DNA from: a bacterium
GTDB lineage: Bacteria; UBA8248
Length of the DNA: 64,000 nt
Assembly: GCA_965221165.1 (NCBI GenBank)
Contig: CBDCRP010000003.1
Coordinates: 64,001-128,000 of the forward strand
Direction of reading: 5' to 3'
The notes beneath the pieces were generated by a model. The model ran no database searches. It had not been told where the DNA came from and worked only from the letters and a program-made list of their open reading frames with translations. Both the position numbers and the translations under genes were made by a program. Positions 9,130 through 18,704 of the stretch are shown here, in pieces (the stretch's first letter is position 1; each line of letters starts with the position of its first letter).

Positions 9130-10542
9130 ATGAACGAGACGAGCGAAGCCATGAAGAGCGAAAGCGCGAAACCCCTGCGGCTCGCCCTGGCGAATCTGGG
9201 GTGTAAGCTCAATCACGCCGAGGGCGAAGCCATGAAGCATCTGAGCGCCGGGGCCGGGTTCGAGCTCGTTCCGTTTGACGCCGAGGCGGACGTCTACGTC
9301 GTCAACAGTTGCACGGTCACGGCGGAAGCCGACCGCGAGGGCAGGCGGTTGGCGCGCAGAGCGCGGCGGTTGGGCGGCGCAAACGCCCGGGTCGTCATCG
9401 CGGGATGCTCCGCCCAGGCGAACGCGGAGAAAATGCTGATCCCAGAAGCGGATCTCCTGCTCGGGAACAGGGAAAAGCTCAGGCTCCCCGATGAGCTGGC
9501 TAAACCGCTGCTGAGAAATGAGACGCCCGAGATGCGGGTTTCTCCCATCGAGGAGAGCCTTGATATCGAGAGCGTCGTCCTGCCTCAGTTCGGCAGCCGG
9601 ACGCGGGCGTACCTCAAGGTGCAGGACGGCTGCAACTTTTCCTGCTCTTTTTGCGCGACGACCATCGCGCGCGGCCAAAGCCGCTCCCTGGCGGTGGAAT
9701 CATGCGTGGAGCACGCCGATACCCTTCTTGCGGGCAGACACGAAGAGTTGGTCCTCACCGGAATCCATCTCGGCGCATACGGCAGGGACATGAAGCCGCG
9801 CAGCACACTGAGCCGCCTGGTGAGCCGATTGCTGGAGATGAAAAGAAATTTCCGCCTCAGGCTCTCCTCCGTGGAGCCGGGGGAATTCACGCGCGAACTC
9901 ATCCGCGTCGTGGCGGGCGAGGCGTACGGTGCAGGCGCGTTGAGCGAGGGGAGTTACGTCTGCCGCCATTTCCACATACCCGTCCAGAGCGGAGACGATG
10001 AAACGCTCGCGGCGATGAACCGCAATTACACCGCTGCGCGCTGCGCGAGCCGTTTCGATGAAATCGCGAAGAAAATAGAAGGGGCGTGTCTCGGCGGAGA
10101 TTTTATTGTCGGTTTTCCCGGCGAGAGCAAAGAGGCGTTCGAGCGAACCATGGAATGGGTGCGGGAATCGCCTCTGGCGTATCTGCACGTTTTTCCGTAT
10201 TCGCCGCGAGAGGGTACGGCGGCCATCGAAATGCCGGGGCAAATACCAAAAGCCGAGCAGAAAGTCCGGGCGCGCGCACTGCAAGAATTGGGACGAAGAA
10301 AATGGGCTGCGTTCGTATCCTCCCAAACGGAGAGGGAGACGGACGTGTTGTTCGAGAGCCGCCGCGCAGAAGACGGCTTTCTCACCGGCTTGTCGGATAA
10401 CTACATTCGCGTGTTGGCCTCCGGTCCCGATGAATGGATAGGCCGCACGGTTCGGGTACGACTGGCGCCTTTGCGCGACAAATGTCAATTTTCCCGCATC
10501 GCCGCAAGGTCGGACGCCTTAAGGGGAGAGTTCGCGCCATGA
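9130..10542 (+). CDS. mtaB: tRNA t6A37 methylthiotransferase MtaB (radical SAM)
   Basis: LGCKLN, VNSCTVT..AD, KVQDGCNFSCSFC, LTGIHLGAYG, LHVFPYSPREGT, GLSDNY. Start could be 9130 or 9151. Confidence 0.88.
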   Translation: MNETSEAMKSESAKPLRLALANLGCKLNHAEGEAMKHLSAGAGFELVPFDAEADVYVVNSCTVTAEADREGRRLARRARRLGGANARVVIAGCSAQANAEKMLIPEADLLLGNREKLRLPDELAKPLLRNETPEMRVSPIEESLDIESVVLPQFGSRTRAYLKVQDGCNFSCSFCATTIARGQSRSLAVESCVEHADTLLAGRHEELVLTGIHLGAYGRDMKPRSTLSRLVSRLLEMKRNFRLRLSSVEPGEFTRELIRVVAGEAYGAGALSEGSYVCRHFHIPVQSGDDETLAAMNRNYTAARCASRFDEIAKKIEGACLGGDFIVGFPGESKEAFERTMEWVRESPLAYLHVFPYSPREGTAAIEMPGQIPKAEQKVRARALQELGRRKWAAFVSSQTERETDVLFESRRAEDGFLTGLSDNYIRVLASGPDEWIGRTVRVRLAPLRDKCQFSRIAARSDALRGEFAP

Positions 10543-11426
10543 CGGACGATCAATCGCGCCCGAATCCTTTCCATGAGGGCGCTCCCGATTTCGAAGAGGA
10601 AAGCGGTGCTCAGCCGCTGGTCACGCTTCTCACGGATTTCGGGAGCGATGAGCACTATGCGGGAGTGATGAAGGGCGTTGTCCTTGCGATAAATCCGGTA
10701 GCCCGGATCGTGGATATCACCCACGCCATCAGGCCTTACGACGTAAGGGGCGCATCGTTGATCCTGGGTTCTTCGGCGCATTATTTTCCGCGCGGGACCA
10801 TTCATGTGGCGGTCGTGGACCCGGGCGTGGGAAGCAGCCGCAGGGGACTGATCGCCGCTACGGAAAACTATTATTTCGTGGGTCCGGACAACGGCCTGTT
10901 TTCCTGCGTATACGACGACCCGCTCTACATGTGGACGCGAGAGCTCGAAGAAGATGCTTTTTTCCTGAATGAGGTGAGTTCCACCTTCCACGGCCGGGAC
11001 ATTTTCGCGCCCGTAGCGGGCCACCTCTCCTACGGGGTTCCACCAGAGGATTTCGGCTCCGTCATCACCGACCCGGTGCGCTTCGATTTTCCCTCGGTGG
11101 AATTCGAGGACGCCGACACCATCACCGGCGAGGTCATCTACGTCGATCACTACGGGAACCTGGTGACGAACATCGACACCACCACTTTCTGGCGTTTCGA
11201 TTATACCGAGGACGATTCCGCGCACCTGCCGGTCATCGAAATCAGCGGCCATGTCATCAACGGGGTGAGCGAATACTACCAGGCGGTGAAGGCGGGCGAT
11301 CTCGGGGCGCAGTTCAACAGTTGGACGCGGCTCGAGATATTCGTGCCCGAAGGAAACGCCGCGCAATTACTGGGAGCGGGCATCGGTGAAAAGGTGAAGG
11401 TGCACATGGCGCATATGAAGATATAG
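10539..11426 (+). CDS. SAM hydroxide adenosyltransferase (DUF62, chlorinase/fluorinase superfamily)
   Basis: LLTDFG, VVDPGVG, GPDNG, TFHGRDIFAP, VDHYGN. ATGA overlap with the mtaB stop. Confidence 0.9.
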   Translation: MTDDQSRPNPFHEGAPDFEEESGAQPLVTLLTDFGSDEHYAGVMKGVVLAINPVARIVDITHAIRPYDVRGASLILGSSAHYFPRGTIHVAVVDPGVGSSRRGLIAATENYYFVGPDNGLFSCVYDDPLYMWTRELEEDAFFLNEVSSTFHGRDIFAPVAGHLSYGVPPEDFGSVITDPVRFDFPSVEFEDADTITGEVIYVDHYGNLVTNIDTTTFWRFDYTEDDSAHLPVIEISGHVINGVSEYYQAVKAGDLGAQFNSWTRLEIFVPEGNAAQLLGAGIGEKVKVHMAHMKI

Positions 11427-11487
11427 TTTTGGTGTTTATCGTTGGGGTTCGAGACTATGGCGATGAAACAAAAGGAGAGAGAAGACA

Positions 11488-12144
11488 ATGGATAACGCCC
11501 CTGTACGGTTCACGGTATACAGTGATTTTTTGTGACCCTGGTGCTTTAACTCGGCCGTGCGCCTGAAGAAGATAAAAGAAGAATACGGAGAGAAAGTAGA
11601 TATTCAGTATCGGGTTTTCATGCTGAGGCCCGAGCCGGACCCCACGGCGGTGTTCAACGATTACCGCAGAAACCACTGGACGAACGCGAATTCGCAGCCC
11701 GATTCCGGTGATTTCACCTTATGGGAGAGCGAGGAGGAATTCCCGAACTGCTCGATGCCGTCTGCAGAAGCGGGGCTGGCGGCGAGATTCCAGGGACCCG
11801 AAGAGTGGGAAAAATTTCACGACAATCTTCTGGCCGCTTTCTTCACGGAAAACCGGAACATCTCGGACAAGAAAACCGTGGGCGACGTGGCGGAGGAAAG
11901 CGGCCTGGACATGGACAGGTACCGCGACGCTATTGAAAACGGGAGTTTGAAGGAAAAAGCCGTCAAGGAATACATGGAGGCCACGAATTTGGGGATAACG
12001 GGCATCCCCTCCGTAGTCGTGAACGATCGCGCGGTCATGGTCGGCGCGGTGCCGGCCGAACAATACAGATACGTCATCGACAGCATCCTTGAGACCGGTG
12101 AATTGCCTGGACGCGCACCCGGCGAGTTGCCAATCGCGGACTGA
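11488..12144 (+). CDS. DsbA/FrnE-like thiol-disulfide oxidoreductase, predicted selenoprotein (UGA at 11533-11535, motif U-P-W-C)
   Basis: AAGGAG RBS and ATG 11488 give MDNAPVRFTVYSDFL-TGA-PWC, in frame with the 11557 ORF. TGA occupies the first Cys of the family D-x-x-C-P-W-C motif. cis-Pro motif GITGIPS. Confidence 0.88.
11551..11566 (+). promoter_or_regulatory. Candidate bacterial SECIS hairpin of the DsbA-like selenoprotein
   Basis: TC-GGC[CGTGC]GCC-T-GA; loop begins at +21 after the TGA. Confidence 0.6.
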
Positions 12145-12186
12145 AGCAGCCTCTGTGGATGCGCCAGGAAACGAGGAGTCTTTCTT

Positions 12187-13179
12187 CTGAATCCTTCTGA
12201 TCTCAAAGGCTACATAACCGATGTTCCGGGCTTTTATCTCGGCCACGCGCACGATGATGGGGCCAAAACGGGCGTCTCCGTGGTGCTTTGTCCGCCCGGA
12301 ACCGTCGGGGCGTGCGAATTGCGCGGCACGGCGACGGCCACGCGCGGTATGGATGCTTTGCGCGCAGAACACCTTGTCGGAGGCGTGGATGCGATCGTCC
12401 TGACGGGAGGAAGCGCATTCGGCTTGGCCTCTGCAGACGGCGTCATGGCCTTCCTGGAAGAGCAGGGCAGGGGATTTCCCACCGGGCGGTTCAACGTGCC
12501 CACGGTCGCCGCCGGAGTGCTGTTCGACCTGCATTTCGGTGATGGCCGAGTCCGTCCGGACGCCGCCATGGGACGCGCCGCATGCGAGGCGGCCTCGAAC
12601 GCCGAAGGCCCCCAGGGAAGCGTGGGCGCGGGCGCGGGAGCCACGATAGGGAAACTGTTCGGCCAGGAGCGCGCCATGAAGGGCGGCATGGGGACGGCGA
12701 GCGTTGAGCTGCCGGGGGGCGGCGTCGTGGGCGCGGTTGCCGCGGTGAACGCCTTCGGCGGCATCTATGATCCTGAGACGGGAAATCCCCTCGCAGGGCC
12801 GAGGGCGATGCCTCCTGACCAAGGAATCGTGAATACGGAAGAGCACTTGAGGATCCACGGAAGACCCTTCGAGGGATTTTCCAACACTTCCGAGAATACG
12901 ACGCTCGTAGCTGTCGCGACGAATGCCTCCTTGACGAAAACCGAAACCCACAAACTCGCCCAGTTGGCGACGAACGGGCTCATTCGTACGGTCCGTCCTT
13001 CTTTTACGACGGTGGATGGAGACATGGTGTTCGCACTCTCCCGCGGGGAGCGAGAGGTGGCTCTCGACGTCGTCGGGGCTGCCGCCATGACGGCCGTCGG
13101 CCACGCGATATGCCGCGCGGTGATGGAGGCCGACGGCGGAGGCATCCTCCCCGCCTGGCGCGATCTTCCCGCATCGTAA
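12187..13179 (+). CDS. P1 family (DmpA/S58) aminopeptidase; probable CTG start
   Basis: ITDVPGF..GH, LTGGSAFGL, GSVGAGAGA, NTTLVAVATNA, DGDMVFALS. GAGGAG at 12173-12178 precedes CTG 12187. Confidence 0.85.
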   Translation: MNPSDLKGYITDVPGFYLGHAHDDGAKTGVSVVLCPPGTVGACELRGTATATRGMDALRAEHLVGGVDAIVLTGGSAFGLASADGVMAFLEEQGRGFPTGRFNVPTVAAGVLFDLHFGDGRVRPDAAMGRAACEAASNAEGPQGSVGAGAGATIGKLFGQERAMKGGMGTASVELPGGGVVGAVAAVNAFGGIYDPETGNPLAGPRAMPPDQGIVNTEEHLRIHGRPFEGFSNTSENTTLVAVATNASLTKTETHKLAQLATNGLIRTVRPSFTTVDGDMVFALSRGEREVALDVVGAAAMTAVGHAICRAVMEADGGGILPAWRDLPAS

Positions 13180-14408
13180 TGACCTCTGATGCGCAAAAAC
13201 CGGTTTGGAGATTCGGCGATTATTTTGATCTAAGCGTCATCGGCTTGACCCACGGGCTGAGCGATGGGTTTTCCAACATGCTCGTTCCCGTTCTCGCGCT
13301 CATCGTCATCGAGCTCGAACTCTCGCCCTTCGAAGTGGGAGTCCTGCTCAGCACTTTCAGTCTGGGGCAGATGATCTTTCAATACCCCCTTTCCATACTG
13401 GCGGATAATACGGGCGCCAGAAAACGAATCCTGCTGATGGGTATGGGCGTTTCCGCTGCGTCTTTCATTGCGATGATGTGGGTGAGCCGGTTCTTGCCGA
13501 TGTGCGCCCTGGCGTTTCTGGCGGGCGCGGGAAATTCCGTCTACCACCCGTGCGGAACGGCGCTGGCGGCGAATCGCTTCGAGCGCGACCGCGCATTCGC
13601 CATTTCTTGGCACAGCCTGGGCGGCAACCTCGGAACCAGCATCCTCCCGCTGGCCCAGGCGGCGCTGGCGGCGGTAGCCGGATGGCGCGCGGCCATCGGC
13701 GCTTGCGCGGCTCCCGCCATTGCGCTCCTCCCTCTGGTGAGCGCCCGGTTCAGCGATGGGGAAAATAGATCCATCCGCGAAGCGGGAAAAACGGCGGACC
13801 TGAAAGTCTTCTCCATCATCAGGCGGGTCGTCGAGAACAGAAACACGGTGTGGCTGGCGGCGACCTACACCTTCCGGAGCATGTGCACCAAGGGAATGAT
13901 TGGTTTTCTGCCCCTGCTGGCGACCTCGAAGCTGGGGATGAACACGGCGCAAATCGGCGTGGCCGTATCGCTCCATTTCGGGTTCGGCATGTTGGCCAAG
14001 CCATTGATGGGAATCCTGTATAACCGCTGGGGGGCGAGGGCCGCCCTGTTCTGGCCCATGACGTTACTGGGAGTCTTCGTTTTCGCCCTGCCGTTCATGC
14101 AGTGGGAAACGGGTTTTTATATTCTATCCGCATTGACGGGCGTCGTCGGGTTCGTGAGCCCGATTATCCTCACCGCGGCGGCTGATTTTTCGGAGAGAGA
14201 CATTCTCACTTCATCCGTAGGCTTTATCTACACTTGCCACGGCTTGAGTTTTCTCGCCCCCTTGTTGGGCGGGTGGCTCGCCGGGCAGGTGAATCTGGAT
14301 GCGAGCTATTTTTGTTTTGCGATCATGGGTTGGCTGGCCGTTTCGACGTCGGCGCAGTTGCGAGGCAAAAAGCAAAAACCTGACGACTCGAGGAGAGAGA
14401 CGACATGA
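13179..14408 (+). CDS. MFS transporter (Fsr-like)
   Basis: About 12 hydrophobic segments; HGLSDG, GNSVYHP, GGNLG. Confidence 0.85.
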   Translation: MTSDAQKPVWRFGDYFDLSVIGLTHGLSDGFSNMLVPVLALIVIELELSPFEVGVLLSTFSLGQMIFQYPLSILADNTGARKRILLMGMGVSAASFIAMMWVSRFLPMCALAFLAGAGNSVYHPCGTALAANRFERDRAFAISWHSLGGNLGTSILPLAQAALAAVAGWRAAIGACAAPAIALLPLVSARFSDGENRSIREAGKTADLKVFSIIRRVVENRNTVWLAATYTFRSMCTKGMIGFLPLLATSKLGMNTAQIGVAVSLHFGFGMLAKPLMGILYNRWGARAALFWPMTLLGVFVFALPFMQWETGFYILSALTGVVGFVSPIILTAAADFSERDILTSSVGFIYTCHGLSFLAPLLGGWLAGQVNLDASYFCFAIMGWLAVSTSAQLRGKKQKPDDSRRETT

Positions 14409-14797
14409 CGCGAGAGTATTTCAAGGGCGCCTGGCAGGAGGATCGCTCGTTTTCGCCAGCGGTGAAGACGAAAGGAGGCGAGCAGATATGGCTGGCCGGC
14501 GTAGGGGCGTGGCGCGATGATGAGGGGAACGTGCTGGCGGGGGATTTCGACGCGCAGGTGCACGCCACGTTTCGCCAGATGGAGCGCACCCTGGAGCGGG
14601 CCGGCGGAAAACTTCAGGATATCGTGACGATGACGGTGTTCACTCTCGACGTCCAGTACGGGGGTCGCTTCGTCGAGCTCAGAAAGCAGTATTTCCCGGA
14701 TGGATATCCCGGCAGCGCCTTGATCACGGTGGCGGGTTTCGCCAAACCGGAAATGATGGTCGAAATACAGGCCATCGCCGTCGTGGGCGAGGAGTAG
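14405..14797 (+). CDS. RidA/YjgF family protein
   Basis: FSPAVK, LAGVGA, YPGSALITV, MVEIQAIA. The canonical Arg is not evident. Confidence 0.85.
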   Translation: MTREYFKGAWQEDRSFSPAVKTKGGEQIWLAGVGAWRDDEGNVLAGDFDAQVHATFRQMERTLERAGGKLQDIVTMTVFTLDVQYGGRFVELRKQYFPDGYPGSALITVAGFAKPEMMVEIQAIAVVGEE

Positions 14798-15004
14798 CAT
14801 AGGAGGCGCAGAGCGAGGCTCCAGATTTGCCGCCTTCGGTAAAGGATGCTAGTCTCGAAAAATTATTGAAACGCTTCCGGGTGGTGAGCGGGCGCCGCGT
14901 TTTTCATAATACATCCGGTCTGTGGCCCTCATCAGTGCGGCGAATCATCTCGCCATCCGAACGAAGCGTATGCTGCCGCTTTCTCGACAGGAATTCTCTT
15001 ATCC

Positions 15005-15814
15005 ATGTCCCCATCCGATAACGGCACGAATCCAACGCTGCGCCTTCAGGGCGTCGGGAAATGGTTCGGCTCCCTCCATGTGCTCGATGAAATCGACATC
15101 GACGTGAAGACACAGGAAATCCTGACGATTCTTGGTCCCAGCGGGTGCGGGAAGACGACGCTTCTTCGGATCGTGAACGGACTCATTTTCTGCGAGAGGG
15201 GAGAGGTTTCCTTCAAAGGAGAGGTGGTCACCGGTCCGAGGCCGGAGATGGCCATGGTTTTCCAGAACTTTGGGCTTTTCCCCTGGAAGCGCCTCGACCA
15301 GAACATCGGCTACGCGCTCAGGATACAGGGTAAGGAGAAGGGCGAAATCGACAGCCTCGTGAGCCACTACACGGAGCTGGTGGGTCTGGAGGGCTTTGAG
15401 GCGAACTACCCCTCGCAATTATCGGGGGGTATGCAGCAAAGAGCGGGCCTGGCGCGTGCGCTCGCCGCACAGCCCGACGTTTTGCTGATGGATGAGCCTT
15501 TCGGCGCGCTCGATGCGCTGACGCGTGAAACGCTGCAGGAGGAGTTGCTGCGCATCAACGAGGTGGAACCCAAGGCGATGATATTCATCACCCACAGCAT
15601 CGACGAGGCGCTTCTGCTCGGGGATCGCGTTCTGGTGATGACGCCCAGACCGGGGAGAATACGCTTTCAGTTCGAAACCGGCTTCGGCCGCGGCAGAGAC
15701 CTGGAAGAACTCCGGGGCGGCAAGCGCTTTCAGGCGCTGCGCCATTACCTCTGGGAAGCCATGCGCAATCCCGACGAAGAGCCGGAACCCATTCCCGAAC
15801 TTATCGCTGAATAG
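15005..15814 (+). CDS. ABC transporter ATP-binding protein (TauB/SsuB type)
   Basis: GPSGCGKT, LSGGMQQR, LLMDEPFGALD, ITHSIDEA. Confidence 0.93.
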   Translation: MSPSDNGTNPTLRLQGVGKWFGSLHVLDEIDIDVKTQEILTILGPSGCGKTTLLRIVNGLIFCERGEVSFKGEVVTGPRPEMAMVFQNFGLFPWKRLDQNIGYALRIQGKEKGEIDSLVSHYTELVGLEGFEANYPSQLSGGMQQRAGLARALAAQPDVLLMDEPFGALDALTRETLQEELLRINEVEPKAMIFITHSIDEALLLGDRVLVMTPRPGRIRFQFETGFGRGRDLEELRGGKRFQALRHYLWEAMRNPDEEPEPIPELIAE

Positions 15815-15828
15815 GAGGCATCAGTCCT

Positions 15829-16653
15829 TTGGCTACCGACGCCCCTGCGGCAACAGGCGTATCGACGGCGGAAAAAGCAACCTGGGAGCGCATCAAGGAA
15901 CCCGCCGTATACGTGCGCTTGATATCGCTGGTGGTCGTCATCGGCGGGTGGGAGTTGATGGGGCTGACCGGCAACATCGATCCGGTCACCTTCAGCTACC
16001 CGAGCGCCATATCCGTCGCGTTCTGGGAACTGATTGAAAGCGGGAAGATGACAGCCGCCGCATACGAGAGTTCGCAAATCCTGGTGGCGGGTCTGCTCAT
16101 CGCGATCCCCTTAGGCATCGTGCTGGGGACCCTCATGGGGCGCTTCCAGATTTTCGAGTACGCCGTGGACACTTACGTGTTCGCGCTCTACGCCACGCCC
16201 GTGGTCGCGCTGGCGTTTCCGATAGCCATGGTTCTGGGTGTGGATTTCGTCGGCAAGACGACCATCGTCGTCTTCTTCGCCATCATGCCGATCATCGTGA
16301 ACGTCTATCACGGCGTGCGGAACGTGGACCTCTCGCTCCTCGAGGTGACGCGCTCTTTCTGCTCAACGGAAAGCCAGAGGTGGCGGGATTTGATTTTCCC
16401 GAGCGTGGTTCCTTATCTCGTCGCGGGCCTGGGGCTCGCGTGCGGACGCGCGTTGGTGGGAATGGTCGTCGCGGAGTTCCTGATGAGCATCTCGGGACTC
16501 GGCGCGCTGAGCCAGGACTACATCGGGGATCTGGAACTGGACAAAGGCCTGGCGCCTGTTGTCTTGTTGATGGCAGTCGGTATAGCTTTAACCAAAGTCG
16601 TGAACGTCTGCGAGACGAAGTTTTCATCCTGGAGGGTTCGGCAAGAGTCCTGA
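15829..16653 (+). CDS. ABC transporter permease (TauC/SsuC type)
   Basis: Six TM-like segments; EAA-like loop LLEVTRSF; GMVVAE. TTG start after AGGAGG. Confidence 0.9.
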   Translation: MATDAPAATGVSTAEKATWERIKEPAVYVRLISLVVVIGGWELMGLTGNIDPVTFSYPSAISVAFWELIESGKMTAAAYESSQILVAGLLIAIPLGIVLGTLMGRFQIFEYAVDTYVFALYATPVVALAFPIAMVLGVDFVGKTTIVVFFAIMPIIVNVYHGVRNVDLSLLEVTRSFCSTESQRWRDLIFPSVVPYLVAGLGLACGRALVGMVVAEFLMSISGLGALSQDYIGDLELDKGLAPVVLLMAVGIALTKVVNVCETKFSSWRVRQES

Positions 16654-16709
16654 TGGTGGGCAGCTTGCCGAGACATGAATTTTCTATTCTTCTTAAGGAG
16701 TTTGGTGAA

Positions 16710-17723
16710 ATGAAAAAGACATGGATGGTATTGGTCGCGGCGTTCGTTCTCGCCGCAACGACGTGGAGCGCGCCGGCGCAGTCCGCCGCCGCCGACAAGA
16801 TAGTGCTCGGCATGCCCGTGCGGCCGCCGGTCATGGTGCACCTGCCTGTGTTCTACGCGCTGGACAACGATATTTTCAAGAAGCACGGCCTGGACGTCGA
16901 GATTAAATTCTTCCGGGGCGGCGTCGCCACGCACCGGGCGATAACGAGCAAGAAGAGCGGCCTGGACGCCGCCTGGGTGCCGGCCCCGATTGCGATGGTG
17001 GGCATCACCAAGGGCAGCCGCATGAAGTTTTTCCACTCGATGGCCTACCTGAACGAAGCGCAGATGGCCGGGAACGAGCAGGTCAAGAAGCCGTCCGACT
17101 TGAAGGGCCGCACCATCGGCATCGAGGGGCGCGGCGGATACAGCCACCTGGGCGCGCTCGCCGTCTTGTCGACCGCAGGCCTGGCGGATAAGGACGTGAA
17201 ATACATCAAGACCCCGCCTCCGGCGCGCGTTCCCTTCCTGCTCAAAGGGAAAGCCGACGCCGTGGTCATCCACGTCGAGCAGGTTCTCGTCGTCAAGAAG
17301 AGAAAACCCAGCTTCAACAAGCTGATGGACCTCTGGAAAGCCATGCCGAACTTCTTCTACGGGGCGTTCATCGCGCCGTCTTCGAAGATCAACGCGAACA
17401 AGGACGCCTACGTGCGCTTCGCCATGGCGATGATGCAGTCCAACCGATCCATCTACAAGGACAAGGCGGGCTATCTTAAATCGGCGAACAAATGGGTGCG
17501 TCCCGTCTATAAGAAAAACCCCGAAATCATGTCGAAAACTTATGACATCTTCGTGGCGGAGAAAATCTGGGGCGTGAACAACGGCATCCCCAAGGCCTCG
17601 GTTTCCTTCACGGCGGACTACATGAAGCGCCTCGGCAAAATCAAGGGCAAGGCTCCCTCTTATGAGGACATCGTCGACACGAGCGTGACGAAGGCCGCGC
17701 TCGCCAAGGCAGGCAAGATTTAG
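16710..17723 (+). CDS. ABC substrate-binding protein (NMT1/SsuA type)
   Basis: Signal peptide; FKKHGLDVE, DLKGRTIG. Confidence 0.88.
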   Translation: MKKTWMVLVAAFVLAATTWSAPAQSAAADKIVLGMPVRPPVMVHLPVFYALDNDIFKKHGLDVEIKFFRGGVATHRAITSKKSGLDAAWVPAPIAMVGITKGSRMKFFHSMAYLNEAQMAGNEQVKKPSDLKGRTIGIEGRGGYSHLGALAVLSTAGLADKDVKYIKTPPPARVPFLLKGKADAVVIHVEQVLVVKKRKPSFNKLMDLWKAMPNFFYGAFIAPSSKINANKDAYVRFAMAMMQSNRSIYKDKAGYLKSANKWVRPVYKKNPEIMSKTYDIFVAEKIWGVNNGIPKASVSFTADYMKRLGKIKGKAPSYEDIVDTSVTKAALAKAGKI

Positions 17724-17745
17724 ATATCTCATTGCGCGCAAGAGT

Positions 17746-17787
17746 CAGGGCCGCTCGCGCTCTTCGAGTGCGGCGGCCCTGTTCTTT
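17746..17787 (+). terminator. Rho-independent terminator
   Basis: CAGGGCCGC...GCGGCCCTG stem followed by TTCTTT. Confidence 0.7.
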
Positions 17788-17811
17788 GATAACGAGAAAG
17801 GGAGTAGTAAC

Positions 17812-17952
17812 GTGAAGATTGTTCTGTATTCCGACATCCACGCCCAGCTTGCGCCTCTGGATGCCTCACGGCGAGCGAATCGCCAAAATGGTGCGGACCG
17901 GAGAGTTCTGGAACCCGGCCCACATGCCGCATTAGGCGTCCCGTGCCCGTAA
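17812..17952 (+). pseudogene. Truncated N-terminus of a metallophosphoesterase
   Basis: GGAG RBS and GTG give MKIVLYSDIHAQL (D-x-H metal motif); stop after 46 codons. Confidence 0.55.
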
Positions 17953-18693
17953 CCGTTCATGGCGTGAAGCCCCGGGCGTGGGAGGAGCAGGTGAAATCCT
18001 TCGTCAGAAAGCGCTACGCGCATCTGGCGGAGGCGCGATGCGTTCCCCGAAGGCGGTGCGGACAGAGCGCGAGGAGCAGGCTATCCCGCCCGCTTTATCG
18101 ACGGACTTCCCGAACGCGTTTCGTCCTCTTATTGCGGCTGCGGGTACCTGCTCGAGGGAGTCGACCTCGCGGGCGTGCAAACGGCCGTCGAGTTGGGATG
18201 CGGCGCGGGATTAGACGCGCGTCTTCTGAGCGAGAAGCTGGAGGCGGGCGCCAGGCTGTTCGCGGTGGATTTGGCGCCCCAGATGCTTCATCGTACGCGC
18301 GAGGCGTTTGTGGGTCTCCATCAAGACGCGCGCGTGCATCTGCTGTCCGGGGACATGGAGAACATCCCCATTATGGACGGCGTCGCCGACGTTGTGCTCG
18401 CTAACGCCTCGCTCAACCTGACGGTGAACAAGAAAAAGGCGCTCGCCGAGGCGCGCCGCATATTGAAGCCGGGTGGCCGCCTCGTGGCCCGCGAATTGAT
18501 ACGTGAAGGCGAATTGCCCGGTGAGATCGCCCAGGACCCCCAGGCGTGGAACGCCTCGCTCGGCGGGGTCTGCGAACAGACCGAATGGGAGTCCCTGCTG
18601 GCGAGCGCCTGTTTTTGTGATATTGATGTTTCCGGCCACGCTCCGTTTCGTCCGGTGGTTTCGGTTCGGATCCATGCCCGAAAGGCCGCTTGA
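17943..18693 (+). CDS. ArsM-like SAM-dependent methyltransferase with a frameshift near 18030-18037
   Basis: First frame VKSFVRKRYAHLA; second frame GYPARFIDGLP..SYCGCG..VELGCGAGLD..GDMENIP..LKPGGRL. Confidence 0.75.
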
Positions 18694-18704
18694 GGAGAAG
18701 AAAA

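Noticed and set aside
10539-11426. Fluorinase or chlorinase
   Set aside because: TFHGRD is the hydroxide adenosyltransferase signature, and there is no secondary-metabolite context.
11719-13104. Long antisense or alternative-frame ORFs (also 6210-7274, 16518-17741, 60099-61187)
   Set aside because: They shadow well-supported genes, have no recognisable motifs, and are expected at this GC content.
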